Origin: Tubiluchus corallicola
Lineage: Eukaryota; Animalia; Priapulida
Assembly: GCA_030141605.1 (NCBI GenBank)
Contig: JAQGDQ010000173.1
Coordinates: 248,001-312,000, forward strand
Direction: 5' to 3'
DNA: 64,000 nt
Translations under genes and position numbers: made by a program
The notes under the pieces: model-generated
Told to the model about the DNA's origin: nothing
What the model saw: the letters and a program-made list of their open reading frames with translations, nothing else
The model's database searches: none
In this document: piece after piece, positions 1-14,009 of the stretch
How positions within the stretch are numbered: position 1 is the stretch's first letter
How the letters are laid out: each line of letters opens with the position of its first letter

Positions 1-1066
1 ATTAAAGCTCGGCTTGTATAAATGTGGCATGTGCGAAACTGGCGGCTTTGTTATCAACTTATAGGTTCATAATAATTAATAAAACTCTAGTGTGCCAAAT
101 GAACTTTTGCTTGTGCAGAAGAAAATCTATATACCCAGTTATTACTGAGAGGTTCTATATACTACTGAGTGTTGCCAAATACACTTAGGATGAGTCCTGA
201 CACTTTTTGAGTGTGTCTGGAGAATTTCGTGGTTCCGTTATTAACGTAATTCCATTTTTACGAGTAATAGGGGCGCACAAGGGTAAGGGAAGGTATCCAT
301 TTGCTGGAGAGGACGTTGGCGATAATTCTGTCCCAGATATGATGCAGAATGAACACTTGCAAAAAGAGATGCTGAGTGTAAGAAGGGGCAAAGAAAAAGG
401 CACATAATCCAAAATTGTAATCCTAACTCTTATAGCTGTGAGTTGTTCTGTGTTAATGATATTTTCCAGTATTAATGTTTTAAATTTTTTGTCCTTTAAT
501 ATTGCTCAGAACTTTGCGCTATTGTTGAATATATAATAAACAGAATTTATTATAATTTTTATTCATTCTTTTACTTTTAATGTCAAATATCATTCTCTGT
601 GTGTAGTGTAGATGGTGAAATATTAGGAAGTCAAACGATGAGTCAAAAGTGGGCTTATTAGGAAGTAAATTATGTTTAGATTTCCATGCATTAAAATATA
701 AACGTTTGTGGTTCTATTTCGTTATTATTTGTCGCCGAATTGCAAAATACACCCATGGCATATACACAAAATAAAAGAGTTAAAAATAGGAGAAATTAAA
801 AAAGAAAATATGCTCACAACACCACAAATAATAAAAGATTTACAAGACAAGGATTTCACAAGTACACACCACAATTTCAATCTGCTTGTATTTAAAAAAC
901 CTTTATGTTTAATGTAACCGACATTAACATACTACATAAAAATAGTTTATTTAAAAGGCGAAATCCATCGTAATTTTATCTGTGTGGACTTATTGAATAA
1001 ATATATATATATATATATATATATAAAGTAATGCTTTAGATAGGTAAAAGTTTCTGATACTTTAAT

Positions 1067-1830
1067 CCAGACTCAAAAAGCTGCTGTTATACTTACTGGA
1101 AACCCTCCGTGCTCTTGGATCAGCCACCAGACTCAAAAACGCTGCTGTTATACTTACTGGAAACCCTCCGTGCTCTTGGATCAGCCACCAGACTCAAAAA
1201 GCTGCTGTTATACTTACTGGAAACCCTCCATGCTCTTGGATCAGCCACCAGACTCAAAAACGCTGCTGTTATGCTTACTGGAAACCCTCCATGCTCTTGG
1301 ATCAGCCACCAGACTAAAAAAGCTGCTGTTATACTTACTGGAAACCCTCCATGCTCTTGGATTAGCCACCAGACTCAAAAACGCTGCTGTTATGCTTACT
1401 GGAAACCCTCCGTGCTCTTGGATCAGCCACCAGACTCAAAACGCTGCTGTTATACTTACTGGAAACCCTCCGTGCTCTTGGATCAGCCACCAGACTCAAA
1501 AAGCCGCTGTTATACTTACTGGAAACCCTCCATGCTCTTGGAGCAGCCACCAGACTCAAAAACGCTGCTGTTATGCTTACTGGAAACCCTCCGTGCTCTT
1601 GGATCAGCCACCAGACTCAAAAAGCTGCTGTTATACTTACTGGAAACCCTCCATGCTCTTGGATCAGCCACCAGACTCAAAAAACGCTGCTGTTATACTT
1701 ATTGGAAACCCTCAATGCTCTTGGATCAGCCACCAGACTCAAAAAGCTGCTGTTATACTTACTACAAACCCTCCGTGCTCTTGGATCAGCCACCAGACTC
1801 ATAAAACGCTGCTGTTATACTTACTGGAAA
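1067..1830. repeat. 60/61-bp minisatellite, ~12.5 copies, unit contains donor TTCCA|gtaagt (minus)
   Basis: Unit ccagactcaaaaagctgctgttatacttactggaaaccctccgtgctcttggatcagcca. Confidence 0.95.
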
Positions 1831-2026
1831 TGCAGTTTTGCCTGCAACTGAAAATATTGCCTATGCGTAATTTTAGTAAATTTTTCTGAATCAAAATTAA
1901 TACCTAGACCAAGTCCTATTTCAGTTAATTGCTCCATATTCATACTAGAAATCTCTTTAAGGGTATACTGCAATGGCACTTGTTCTGATGCATCTGGTAG
2001 TTTGAAAATTACATGGTACACACACA
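1825..2026 (-). CDS. Probable internal exon of an unidentified gene (possible next exon 185-371)
   Basis: ctttcag|TG CVYHVIFKLPDASEQVPLQYTLKEISS...LQAKLHF CA|gtaagt; frame open between a good acceptor and donor. Confidence 0.5.
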
Positions 2027-2184
2027 CTGAAAGCTAATTAATTTTTGTTTTATTTACAGAAATTTTTAAAAATTCTTCCCCAAACACTTTTATTAACTTG
2101 GGTTTTTTTTAGTGATACAGTTCACAATGCTTTAAAACTCTGCATGCTGTCAGTTAATTAATAGCTCCTTGAATACTGAAGACT

Positions 2185-2510
2185 AGCACCATCTAGTGGC
2201 TGATCTTGCAGTAATATGTAGCGCAATATATCAACTTTTGGAATGCTGTTTATTGGCACCACCTAGTGTCCGACTTTGTAGTAGTTGTAGTAATCTGCAG
2301 TGGAGCATCGGAGCTTTAAGTGAATTGCTAATTGTTGGCAACATCTAGTGGGTGATTTTGTAGTAACATGAGATCAGTTTTCTCAATTTTTTGAATGCTG
2401 GTGGCAGGTGCCATCTAGTAGCAGACTTTGTAGTAATATGTACTAGAGTATCACAAGTTTACTTTAAATTCTCATTGCTGGCGCCATCAGGTATCCGATT
2501 TTACAGTAAT
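2185..2510. repeat. Degenerate ~70-80-bp repeat with CTCF-like cores
   Basis: gcaccatctagtggc, gcaccacctagtgtc, gcaacatctagtggg, tgccatctagtagc, gcgccatcaggtat. Confidence 0.55.
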
Positions 2511-2919
2511 ACTTTGTCAGCTATCTCAATTTTTCTTGAATGGTGACAGTGGATGCATTACCACTAGACTAAAACTAAAAGGCTCAAAGTGCTTAATGGT
2601 TTTTTAGAAGAGTAAGATATTGATTGAAATTGTTTAACTGAACTGATAACCAGGTAAAAGGCATAAAGTGTAAAAAATTGTGTCACAAAAACATCATATT
2701 TCTAAGCACGAAAGTAAAATTCAAAATGTGATCACAAAAAACAGTACAAATAAAGGCTTTATGAGAACAATAAATTATTTATTTACACATTCATAAAAAC
2801 TATAATACGGCACATTTGAAAAAATGTTTATTGAAAGTTAGATCTATAATAGCAATTTTTATTACTGTTGTTGCTTTGCTTTTGTTGTTGTTATTGGTGG
2901 TGGTGGTAGTGGTGTTGTG

Positions 2920-2920
<1 letters not shown>

Positions 2921-2969
<49 letters not shown>

Positions 2970-2980
2970 TACTATTAATA
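2921..2980. repeat. (ATT)n microsatellite
   Basis: Direct reading. Confidence 0.95.
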
Positions 2981-3377
2981 TAAATCACATATTAAGCTTT
3001 ATATTGACTTACATAGTCACACTATCAGGAGTGCCTATTATTGTTAAGATCCACGAAATATTTTTACTAAGTTTCTTTCACAATACCATTTTGTATGTAT
3101 ATTTTATTGTATTTTTCTCTTAATCTATGCTGACAAGGATATGCTGTAGCAGATAAACTTCTAGCCTGGATTTGCTGTTTTTCAACCAACAAAATGCACA
3201 GAATTGAACTACTTATCATTTGTCATTGTGTCTGCAGGGCAGTGCATTTCATGTCATAATGCAGTTATTTGATTTACAAGATTTTTTTCTAAATGAGCTG
3301 CACATGATGTAATAATAAAACCAACATTCTAAGCATTGTGAATATGTCTCTCGATAAGCATTTTAGTAGTTTCGTTG

Positions 3378-3389
3378 TGCGCATGCGCA
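3378..3389. promoter_or_regulatory. NRF1/ewg-type palindrome TGCGCATGCGCA in a putative bidirectional promoter
   Basis: Exact motif in a locally CpG-enriched stretch (3370-3470) between the two divergent candidate genes. Confidence 0.5.
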
Positions 3390-4574
3390 GTTGCTGTAGT
3401 TTCAAAGGCTAAGTGAACAGCTGTAACTACAATCGTCGCGTGACGTGTGGGTAAAGTAAAAGCGTCTGCCGCATCAGTTCAGTAACTTCAGTTGTTTTGC
3501 ATAAACTTTATTTAATTATGCATTATTCTGTGCTTAGAGAGCAGGATCTTGTGTACGAACAAGAAGAAATGAACTAGGTATAGGTTATAGCTCGATGTTA
3601 AATGTGTTACTATCACATCAGCATCAGCTGCGAGGCGTTGTCAAGTGTACACAAGTGCGTTGTCTGGTACACTTAACCTTTGACCTTTTCACGATCATCA
3701 TCAATTATGAAACTGGGAAAAGGCTTGTCAGAGGCCAAAGGCAATTTTTCAAAAACAATATTACAATAAAATTATGATAATGAACAGTTTGGTATGTTGC
3801 TATTAGAGGAGTGATGTTAAGTGAAAAAAAACAAATAAATAACTGTGCAGATAAGAAACCTGTTAAAAAGGTCTATTCTTAATTTTTGTTAATCTTGATA
3901 TGCACATTAACTAGTATAGCTAGCAAATGAAAAGATAGCACCCGATTTACAAAAAAGAGAACAAAAGAGCAACACGAAATAAACACGTGTAAAAGAAAGT
4001 CAAAGATTTAAATTAAGATTCAGAATAATATAAATTTTGCACAAAACACAATCAGAGAATAATGCAGTAAACATGGAAATTTTTTGTTTATTTATTGTAT
4101 TTAAATGAAACGAATGTACAGCTCAATGGTAGCTAGCTCGTATCTAACCCGGAAGGTCGAGGTACCAGCTCCAGACCGAGTAGTACCGCTGCTTCTTTGC
4201 ACAGGTGTCGTGTCTAAAGCCAGGTTAACTGAGCAACTAGGACAACTTTGTATAGTTAAGTATGTATTGAAGGTTTATATTTGTATTTCATACATGTAAT
4301 TTTGCATAAAGGGCACTGTGTGGAGCCTATAAAATAATCAAATATAATGTAATCATTGCGTAGTGAGAGCAGTTTTTCATAAAACCCTGTAGCAAACTCT
4401 TATAATTCTGAAGGAGTTAAATCACCAGTGGGACCAAAAAGCTCAAAATAAAGAATGAAGATTTTGTATTTACTTCATGGTGCACATATTTTTACCTAAG
4501 AAGCCAACCTGTAAAATTTCAGCTTTGTAACTTTAGCATTCGAGCTAAACACTGGACACACAGATGCACTCATA

Positions 4575-4684
4575 TGCATACACATGCGCACACGCACGCA
4601 CGCACGCGCGCGCGCGCGCGCGCGCACACACACACACACACCCTCACACACATGTACACGCACTCTCTCACACACACTCACACA
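4575..4684. repeat. (CA)n/(GC)n alternating purine-pyrimidine microsatellite
   Basis: Direct reading. Confidence 0.9.
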
Positions 4685-4770
4685 GGCTGTTTCCTTTATT
4701 AATCAATGGTATAGATGGCATATTATGTCAAAGCACTATATTTACTTAGTAAAATTGTTTATATTTGTAG

Positions 4771-5248
4771 GTACTTTCCACGTGCAACGGACTTTTCCAA
4801 TTTAATTACAAAGTATAGACATAGATGGCGCTTCTCTAAAGTTGATGACCTGATTTCAATCCAGAGGGAATACCAAGAGATGTTTGATAGTGACACGATG
4901 GAAGATGTGTCTGATGGAACAGCAAACTGTGCAATTAGTGAATTACCACTGAGGCGTAGCCAGTTTAAAACCAGCCTGATATCAGCAAGGTCCACTTTGA
5001 AACAGGTAATTGACTTGACTAACAAATTCAGTAAAGATGCTGACCACCCAGGTCAGTTCAGAAATTGGACAGCCTTGGTGGACCAATGTCTCGTGGAAGA
5101 CACAAAACTGCTGAAAAAAGACGATTTTTTGACCTTAGAGTCTGAAAGTGCTGGTCCTAGTGCAAGGAAGAAAGCAAGGCTTGACCAGAGCTCACCTGAG
5201 CTAGTGTCCAAGCGTCCAGCTTCAGGAAGAGTTGGAGATGGAGCCTAG
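4771..5248 (+). CDS. Probable terminal coding exon of an unidentified gene (possible ATG at 4880; NLS-like RKKARL)
   Basis: Acceptor tttgtag|G at 4770, long open frame with protein-like composition, stop TAG at 5248, AATAAA near 6165. No family recognised. Confidence 0.5.
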
Positions 5249-8200
5249 ACGTTAAAAAGATTCTACAAGCCTCCTCTTTCCAAGTGCAGTAAAGCTACAA
5301 ATGTTTAGGTGCCATTCACCGACTCAGTTGCCTAAACTAGGGTCACAAAAATTCCTGCTTGAAATCTCATTTTCAGAAAAATGTTGTGTGTCTTTAGTAA
5401 TTTAGTTGTTAGTCTTAAAAACACAAATGTTTGTATGTTTCTTCAGTAGAAAACAACAACAAACTCAAGACTTACGATATAATCTGGCTCCTAGATCACT
5501 TGTCCTCCTTATAAAGTGGTACCTTCCCCTCTGCCACCCAGCTTACAAACACTGAAGTATTATTAGGTGACATCATCCAATTTTCCTAGTGAAACCATTG
5601 TAACATAGATGCAATATACCATGGTAACAGCAGTCATCTCATTTGGTGGAGCATGAGCAGCTGAGGAGCTTATGAAGTTACAATGACGAACAGCCGGTTA
5701 AGAGGGGTATAATAGAAACCCAATGAGGTTACAAGAAAACAAATTAGGCCAACAATTAATGATAAAACTGTAGCTATTGTCACGTGTACATTGTTAGTGC
5801 TGTATACTCTCGTAAGTGTAATATTTTGATGTATTGCATTATTAAGAACATGATGTTTTTGTTTGATGCACTTTCTAGTTTGTGATGTTATTATACGTTT
5901 AATTTTGTGTTGAAATGTTCGTTTTAATGTCGTTATGTTATTGTATGTATTATTAATTTTGCTAAGTATAGTATTATACTACTGAGATTAGGCCTACAGT
6001 GTTTTTTACACTCGCGTACTCAGGCAATAATTTATGGCACTTTGCAAGATAGAAGCACTGAAAGATACTTGCCATACTATTTGTAAATAATTGCTATTAT
6101 TGTTAATTTATTTGGTAATTCTATGCACGAAATCAACTCAAATATTGAACACCACTTTTCTTCAATAAATGTGATGATTTAATATTTGTTAAAGCTATAA
6201 ATGTTTGTGGTGTACTAGTGCATTGTGTTTTGTGCTGTGTAACGACACTCATTAAGATTCGACAAAAATGTCAGTTCAGCATTGCTCCTTGATAAAGGTT
6301 TGTTTCAACAACAGTCTTTAACTTGATGAAAAACGAGTTGCACTAAAAAGAACAATGATTTTTGTTGTTCTTAAAAACCCTTGTCCAAAAATGATAAAAA
6401 GTTAACCTGTAATTTTTTTATTTTAAGACATAATACTAAATTCTTGATACCACATCATGCACACTCTACTCATGGACAATAATACCACTAAATTTTAAAC
6501 AATGTTAAACATCATAATAATGTCAACCAGTCACATGGTAAAAATTCACATTCTTTGCATTCTTTTCATTAAAAAACTAAACAGCCGTATTGTCAAATAA
6601 GCAAGTGCATCTGATTCTTTATATTTAGCTTTTACTATGCAACCATGTTTATGAAAATAATTCGTTAATTATACACAAAAATATGTATACATAAATATGT
6701 TAAAGAATTAACATTTTACTCTATCTATGCAGATAATAAAGACAATTCAATGTAATTCATTAATTTAACATGAAATGGCAAACAGCACTTGACAAATGGT
6801 ATGTTGCCTTCAAATATATAGATGACAGACAGATTCATGGACGGTAGTTGAAGTTAAGTATCAAACTAAATTTTAAATTGAATTGAACTTTAAATTTTAA
6901 TAAGAAAATCAAACACGTGAAATTTAATTTAATAAAAAAGAAAGCTATCATCAATAAATCTGTAAGATATATTTATTTATGAATATTTATGGATGCCAAA
7001 TTTGTTAAAGTGCATTATCTTTAACACTATTTTACAAAGCACAAAATCTTATAGAATATTCGTTGTTTGATAAACATGCAATGAAAATGATTTTTCACTA
7101 TTAATCGTACTTGAGAAAAAAGTATCATTGTTCATACAAAACTTACAAAATTTACCTTTTAAGAACTGCTTAACAAAGCCTAGTGTGTTGTACCAGCCAA
7201 TGGCAGGGTAGATAAGTCTAACTCTGCTGATTAATATTAATTATAAATTTAGATATTCTGGCATGATCATGTTATAGTAATCAATCCAAAAATTTTGTTT
7301 GAGATTAAATACAAGTTGGGAAAAATCTTAGCTAACTAAGTAGCCATTGAATATGCTGCATTTAGAACATGTCGAAATGGTGGCACTACTCTCATATGTG
7401 ACATAAACTTCATCTCCTGCTTCGAGATGAAGAATAGCAGAGTTTGATATCGTTTGCCACTCGCCACCTGCAACAAAATAATATTATTTTTAAGTACAAC
7501 TTGTGTAAGAGCGAATACTAATCACAAGGATGCATCAGTTTATCTTAATGTCAGGATTATTGTTAACATCACAAGCCGAGAATTTAAAAATTTTGATACC
7601 AAACTTGAAAAATAGTAAATACGAAAAAGTTATATGCAGGATGGATTTGAACTAGCGCCCTATTGCTTGCAAGGCAAACGCTCAGCACCACATTCCCTGG
7701 TGATCATGGTTATTCATTATATTACAGCTGGTTAACTAAATTAGCACTTAAAAAGTTAAAGCACACAAACTAGACAGATTTATTTTAACTAATTTGAATA
7801 TTTTTAGTTTAATTTGATTAAATATTGTTAAATTTTAGTGTTTTGTATATTGTAATGCAGACAGAATAATGATGATTGGCTGTCATGCCATAGTTGTGAC
7901 ATAGTGACTGTTTTCTAATTTTGATTGCCTCAATTTTGCAGGCTATGTAAAAACTTTAGAGGACCAACTCAATGACGTACATCATTTTAAGTGGCCTTTA
8001 CGTAACATGCAGATGCAGTTGCATTTTGGTGGATGCGGAATAGATAATATTGGTTTATATTATTTCCAAAGCATCATTTATGGAGCCTGTGGACGTGTTA
8101 TTATTTTCTCCAGCAATTCCCTATTAATTTTTTCCACAGTTCTGCAAGTAGAAAATGCATCAACATATGCATCCGATTTCTTAGAATGCCAAGTTAGACG

Positions 8201-9870
8201 AGACCCCTGAACTCGAACCCAGGAATAAAATGGCACAAGACTTTGTTGAAAAGACAGAATTGCAGTCTCTTGACCTCAATAGATGGTGAAGCTGAAGTGC
8301 AATTGGACACCTTTGGTCATCCTCGTCCACCTTACAGACCACATCGTACTTAACCTTGACAGTGATGAGGAAACAACGTGGAGTTTCTTTCCTGCCATCC
8401 CTCTGCCCGAAGCATCATTACTGGTCTGCAGCCCTATTCGAGAGCCTCTTTCCGAATCTAAAAATTCCATGTAGTCTTCGCCTCCTGTAAGATACACTGT
8501 AAGGTCTTACCTGTAGGACCTTAAACTGCTCGTACTGTGACCTATGATGCCCACTCCTAAACAATATGACCTCCTCGACACTAGAAGCAAAACCGGACTC
8601 AATCTTAAACTGCAGATCAAAATAATTTAATTTTTAAAATATTGAAAGAAAGCCTGCTCTTTTTTCCAAAAATTACTTACGACACAGGCATTTCGTCATT
8701 AAATTTTGCTAGATGTGTTAGTTTGTGACCAACTTCGCATGTTCGACAGCACAGCGGCAAATTTAAAATTCGTGTTTTTATCCTAAAACTTGCCTAGCTT
8801 TAGTACAACACACTGAGTATATTACAGAAGGATTGTACTTCAATTTTCGTTATGATCCCAGAGTAATCAACAAGGCAAATGATATTTGATTGGCTGCTAG
8901 GTAGTCTTTCCCAAAGTTCCCCTCTTGCCCAAAAACGGCTAAAATAAATTGGTCCTGCTAGAGTTGACTCGAACATGAGGGAACCAAATACAAATTTGCT
9001 AAAGTCTCTGCCATCTCCTGTCTGGGCTGACCAATTTGACAGAAATCAGCAGACAATGTAACCTGAGCAATCAGTTTTACTTGCGTTCACCTACCTGATA
9101 TTTCAACCAATGACAACCCCAATGAATCACTTTCCCGGTCATCTCCTTGTGAAACTGCAGCTGAACCTTTTGACTTACCAAAAACTTGCCCTAAACATTC
9201 TCGGCAACCTCCTTCTCAGGTGACTTCCGTTACTATGACCCTACAGGAAAACGTACTTGCCACCTTAAACGGCATTCCTTCTTCGATTCCTGTTGGCAGC
9301 AGTTTTTACTCAGTGAAATTACTTCAGCTGTGTAATATCATTTAAAAAACATTAATTTACTATGGCTTTGTCTGTTTTAACGTGCAAGAGCCATTACCTA
9401 GTAGCACGAATGATTTCAGTGATACTTCTTCGTAGCTCTAAGTTGTAAATATTTGTAAATTTCATGATGATGCTCACAAGCTTGATTTTCCAGACCTGCT
9501 TCCATTGGCAGATCTCGACTGAAGATCTTGAGTAAAGACACAAAATTTGCGGAAACAAAACTTCATTTTTTCTACAGGTCGGTTTTTGTATTAAAATGAT
9601 TCATCACAGCATTGAGCATTAGCTCAGTGGTGCAACTCAATGCTGTATTGCTAATTATCTTTTTTTAAGTTTTGATAAATGAAGTAATTTGCATTTAATC
9701 ATTGAAATAATGATAAACACAGTATGATGATGATGTTTATTGTGCAGGTACCGTGCTCTGCTCACTCCCTTGTTCTTCTTTAGCCTGTATGGTTATTCTA
9801 TCGATTAATTGATTTTTTACTTTATCTGTGGCTGTAACCTTTTGTTGCTCAGGTAATAAACAGATTAACG

Positions 9871-11183
9871 TTTTATTTTCATTTTATTTTATTTTATTTT
9901 ATTTTGTCAGATTTCACAGGCGTCGGATCTGTTCACCTGTGTGTTGCCTTTTGACTCGAGTCAAACTTGCCTACTCCAAATTCTTCCGTAAAGATACGGC
10001 ATCCGTCAATTCCGTGGGAACTGGATTTCTCCAAACCCAACAAAACTTGCCTTTTCGATACCGTAAAGGTACGGTATCCACCGGCGCCTCGTAGAGTAGT
10101 CGGATTTCCCCTAGGTATAAACCTTTCACACGTTTGGATGTAGGAACTCGAGTGGTAACATCCTGAGCAGGAGATAACCTAGGTCGCCCTCCTTTGCCTT
10201 CCCAGGAACTTTCTAAACACCATACATGAGCCTCTAATCGCCGAGCGGACTAGTTTGGCTCTGACGTTCAGAAGACCGAGTGTCTTCAGGAGAACGTCGT
10301 TCTCTCCTCCTGCCCATTCCCCACGAAAGCCCACACAGATGCCGTGCGACGAGGCAGTGGCAGAGCCGCACCGCTGTTTGACGGCATCGAGGATCGGTTC
10401 GTACTTCAGGGCCTTGTCCCTGCACCTGGCCCTCAGCGAGTAGATGTTTCCTGCTGCCGAGATGGTCGGATCGATAACGTACGTATGACCATCTTTGGTC
10501 GCCAGGATGTCGGGGTGGTACCTTGTTCTGTTGATCTCGAACCAAGGTTCCCTGACGACCGTAAAGCCCTGCCCCTTCAAGGCTTCGGCGAGCACCTCGC
10601 ACAGTGCATTGTGCCTTCGTGATATGGCATTGTTTACTGTTATGCACTGTTGAAGTACGTGAACCTGACTCTCTGCATGTCTCCCGCACCTGCGACATCT
10701 CCTGATTGCATTGGGTTGTCCTCTCGTGGTGTTAACTCTAACTGGTAGAGAGTTGGTGATCATCTTGAGAACCAAGATATAATCACCCCCGCTCAGGAGT
10801 GTGCTGCTACGTAGGTAATGGGTACTCAGTGGGTCAGCAGACACGGCTGCAAAACCCTTCCCATGCACTTTACCGTTGAATGCCGATAGATGTTTGCGAT
10901 CGTTATCCCTTTTTGCACGATTTATGTCTTTTGCGTTACTGTAGGCTTCGAGGCTCGCCACCCTCTTAGCCCACGCAAGCTCCCTATTCCACACTGGAGC
11001 AGATGCACTCATGTTCACCAGCGGATCTAGTGAGGCCTGCAATCGGCTGAGCATCTTGACTTTCATCAAAGGAACATCCTTTTCAAGACAAGAAAATCCC
11101 AGCCCTCCCTTCTTCATTGACATGTAGAAGAATGCATTCGGGACATCCGTCGCCATATGAAGTATACGTTTTAGGCTTGATCT
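9871..11183 (-). mobile_element. 5'-truncated R2-like (RLE clade) non-LTR retrotransposon
   Basis: ORF 10179-11156 extends in frame to ~11183 (RSSLKRILHMATDVPNAFFY...GGLG). It has the CCHC knuckle CRRCGRHAESQVHVLQQC, RHN, and the PD..D restriction-like endonuclease motif. ~270-nt 3' UTR and (AAAAT)n tail at 9871-9905. Confidence 0.88.
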
Positions 11184-14009
11184 TCAAAGGTTCAGTTACC
11201 AAATATTCAGGACCCATTTATCTTATAGCTTAAATAGGCTACACCGTAGGCCCCTCAAAATTGGGGAGAGCATGCTTAAAGATTTTTAGGTATATTTTTT
11301 ATTTCAGGAGGATATTTTAACTTTTTGCAACGATCTTTTGATTCATTTCAAAACTAAACTAAAATTTAAAAAGGAAGACTGAAAATGTAATTTTAAATAT
11401 AAGCAACTATTTACACTACTGTCGTGTTGAAATATGTGCTAATTTGGTTTACTATAAATAGAAAAATAGTGATAAATTTGTAAAGAATATTTTTATTGAC
11501 AAACAAAGGATAGCTCTTCTGGTTTATTTAGCACTGGGCTAGGTCTTTATTTCATCATAATCTGATCCTGAATGACACTTAAAAAACATGCTTGATTGCT
11601 TAAACTTGAACGCAAAGAGATCAACGTTAGGGCATTACACAGTGAGTGTGTGTACTTACTTATATCAATAAACGATCGATCAATGATTAATACTAGTGGT
11701 AGAGAAGACTGAATAACCTTGACTTTGTAAAAAAATCAGCTCACATTTCTTCTAATGTAATTTACACTAAGCTAATAAACAAGCAGTTGCAATCACTTTG
11801 CTTAAGCGAGAGAGTATAAATACACTTTTTGAATGCACATCTTAGTGTGGAATCACTTAAGCTTGGTCATGTTGTTGATGGTGGTGGGAGTGGTGTTGCT
11901 GCCTTTGTTGCTACTGTTGCTGTCTGGTATGCTGGTTTGTTGCTGTTGCTGTCATTGTTGATTTTGTTGCCACATTTATCTTTGAAAGTTATAGGGTGAA
12001 TGGGGGCCATTTTGTGTATGGAAAAATTTTCTGATTTGGGATGAAAAACGATTTTTTTTCAGGGAATGCCGAACGGCAATAACCTGAAGCAGTCAAATAA
12101 AAACGCTTCGACAGGACTAATTCAATGGTATTAGTTATGTCCAGATTGGATTTCCTTTTACCTCACCATGAGGGAAAAACGTACACTGTGTGTCATAGAG
12201 ACAAATAGGCCTGCTTCTGGAATTGAAATGTAGTTGCTTGCAACGCATCAGATGAAAGATCTCCATGAGGCGGACTGAGTGGTAAAACTTGAAAGGCGAT
12301 TAGTTGATCTTTGATACTTGGTTGCAGATTGACCATGGTATAGTTTGGCAACCAAACAAGGCAAATTCAATAAGCTCAAAATGATGGCTTTCAAACAAAA
12401 TGCTTACGACATTTCACGATCAAACACTGTAAATGTTCATTGCAAAGAATGATTGTCAACTTGTTTGTTTTTAAATTTAGTTTGATTTTTATACACAATA
12501 ATATTACCGAACTAATATCATTTCCTTCATAAATTACCTTTATGAACAAATACTGAATAAATGGCATAAAAGCGAAGATCTTGACTACCAACTCTGGTTT
12601 AATGCAAACGTAATCCATTTTGTGGATTTTGCCCTAGGGAAAAACATATGTGCTTATTAAAAAGTTAATATTTGCCTTTCGCAAGCTGTTAGGCTCGCAT
12701 GTGCTAAAGCTAAAACGGAATAGAAATGGAATTTTTAGTGTATCGACAATAAACCTTTTCGCAGTTACAGCAATTGATGTTGAGTCTAAAGGTCAAAGGT
12801 TTAGACATATACTTTACAACTCATTTATGTACACTTGACAACCTAGCATTCTAAGCTTTTGTGATAATAACAGTTTTAACAGCTAGCTGGAACCTTACCT
12901 TGTTCATTTTTTCTTGTTCCCAAGCAAGATCCTGCTATTAAATTACTCTACACACAGACTAATGCATAATTAGGCAAAGTCCACTTAAAAGAACAGAAGT
13001 AACTGAACGGACAAAGGCAGACGGCTTTCCTTTACCCACATGTCATGTGACAGTTATAGTTAAGATGGTGCAAAAAACTTGTGACCTACAGCAATAGCAA
13101 AGGCCTACAATGTCCAAGCCAAAAGTCACAACGTATTTAAATGTACTATAATATACACGAATAAAGCCACTAAGCTTGCCACTAAGCCACTGTGCCACTG
13201 TGTGGGTGACACATTCTTGCAGCATAAGGTGATGTGGACGAATGTTAGCATTTTATTCTCAATGCTTTAGCGAAGCGTCTATGAGTTTCCAAGCCTTTAA
13301 TTAAAAAAATAGTGCACTTTTCATGCGTTCATGTGTTATTTATATAACCCACTGAGTCCTTTAGTGAAAAAGGACATCAATTTACAGAAAATCTGAGGTA
13401 GTATGGTATCACTCCACTGAAAGTTCGATTATCTACAGGAAGTATAGCCGCACACATCTTCCTGTTGCAGCGTGTCCTGGAATGTTCCAGGAAGTTTACA
13501 TCAGCATTGTGGGAAGGATTATGGAGCATTTGACAAGCAATGGTCGTAAGTGAAGAACATCTAACATACTCGCAACATTCAGGAGAAAAATGTTGAAGAA
13601 AATGTTCAATAAGTGAATTCAGAAAGTGATACTTTCAGAAAAGGTGCGTATTTATAGCGTTGTAATTCTTGTTAATGACTGTGAAGGTGAGATGTTATTA
13701 TAAATACTGGTGGAGAGCGTTTCCTTCTACTTACTTATACAAAGTAATTTGACTGACTCGTGGCAAGGCAAACACAGAGATGATAATGATATATTTAATA
13801 ATTAAGAAAAAATACTAAAGCATAATTTTTTTAAATAATGCATGATTTTCCCAAAAATAAATCAAACTGCAGAAAGAAAAGAATGTCTAGTTACTGTAAT
13901 GTGGCGTAATTCTTGTGTGTTACATTGTGTAACATTCGTGGTCTTTGTAGTTTTAGCTTAAGTTTACAATTCCATCTACACAGGAAATTAGTTTGTGAGC
14001 GGATTAGGA

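Noticed and set aside
1067-1830. CRISPR-like regular repeats (also the other arrays in the window)
   Set aside because: Units are contiguous with no unique spacers, there are no cas genes, and the context is eukaryotic and spliced.
1109-1889. 231/239-aa plus-strand ORFs
   Set aside because: Translations of the minisatellite.
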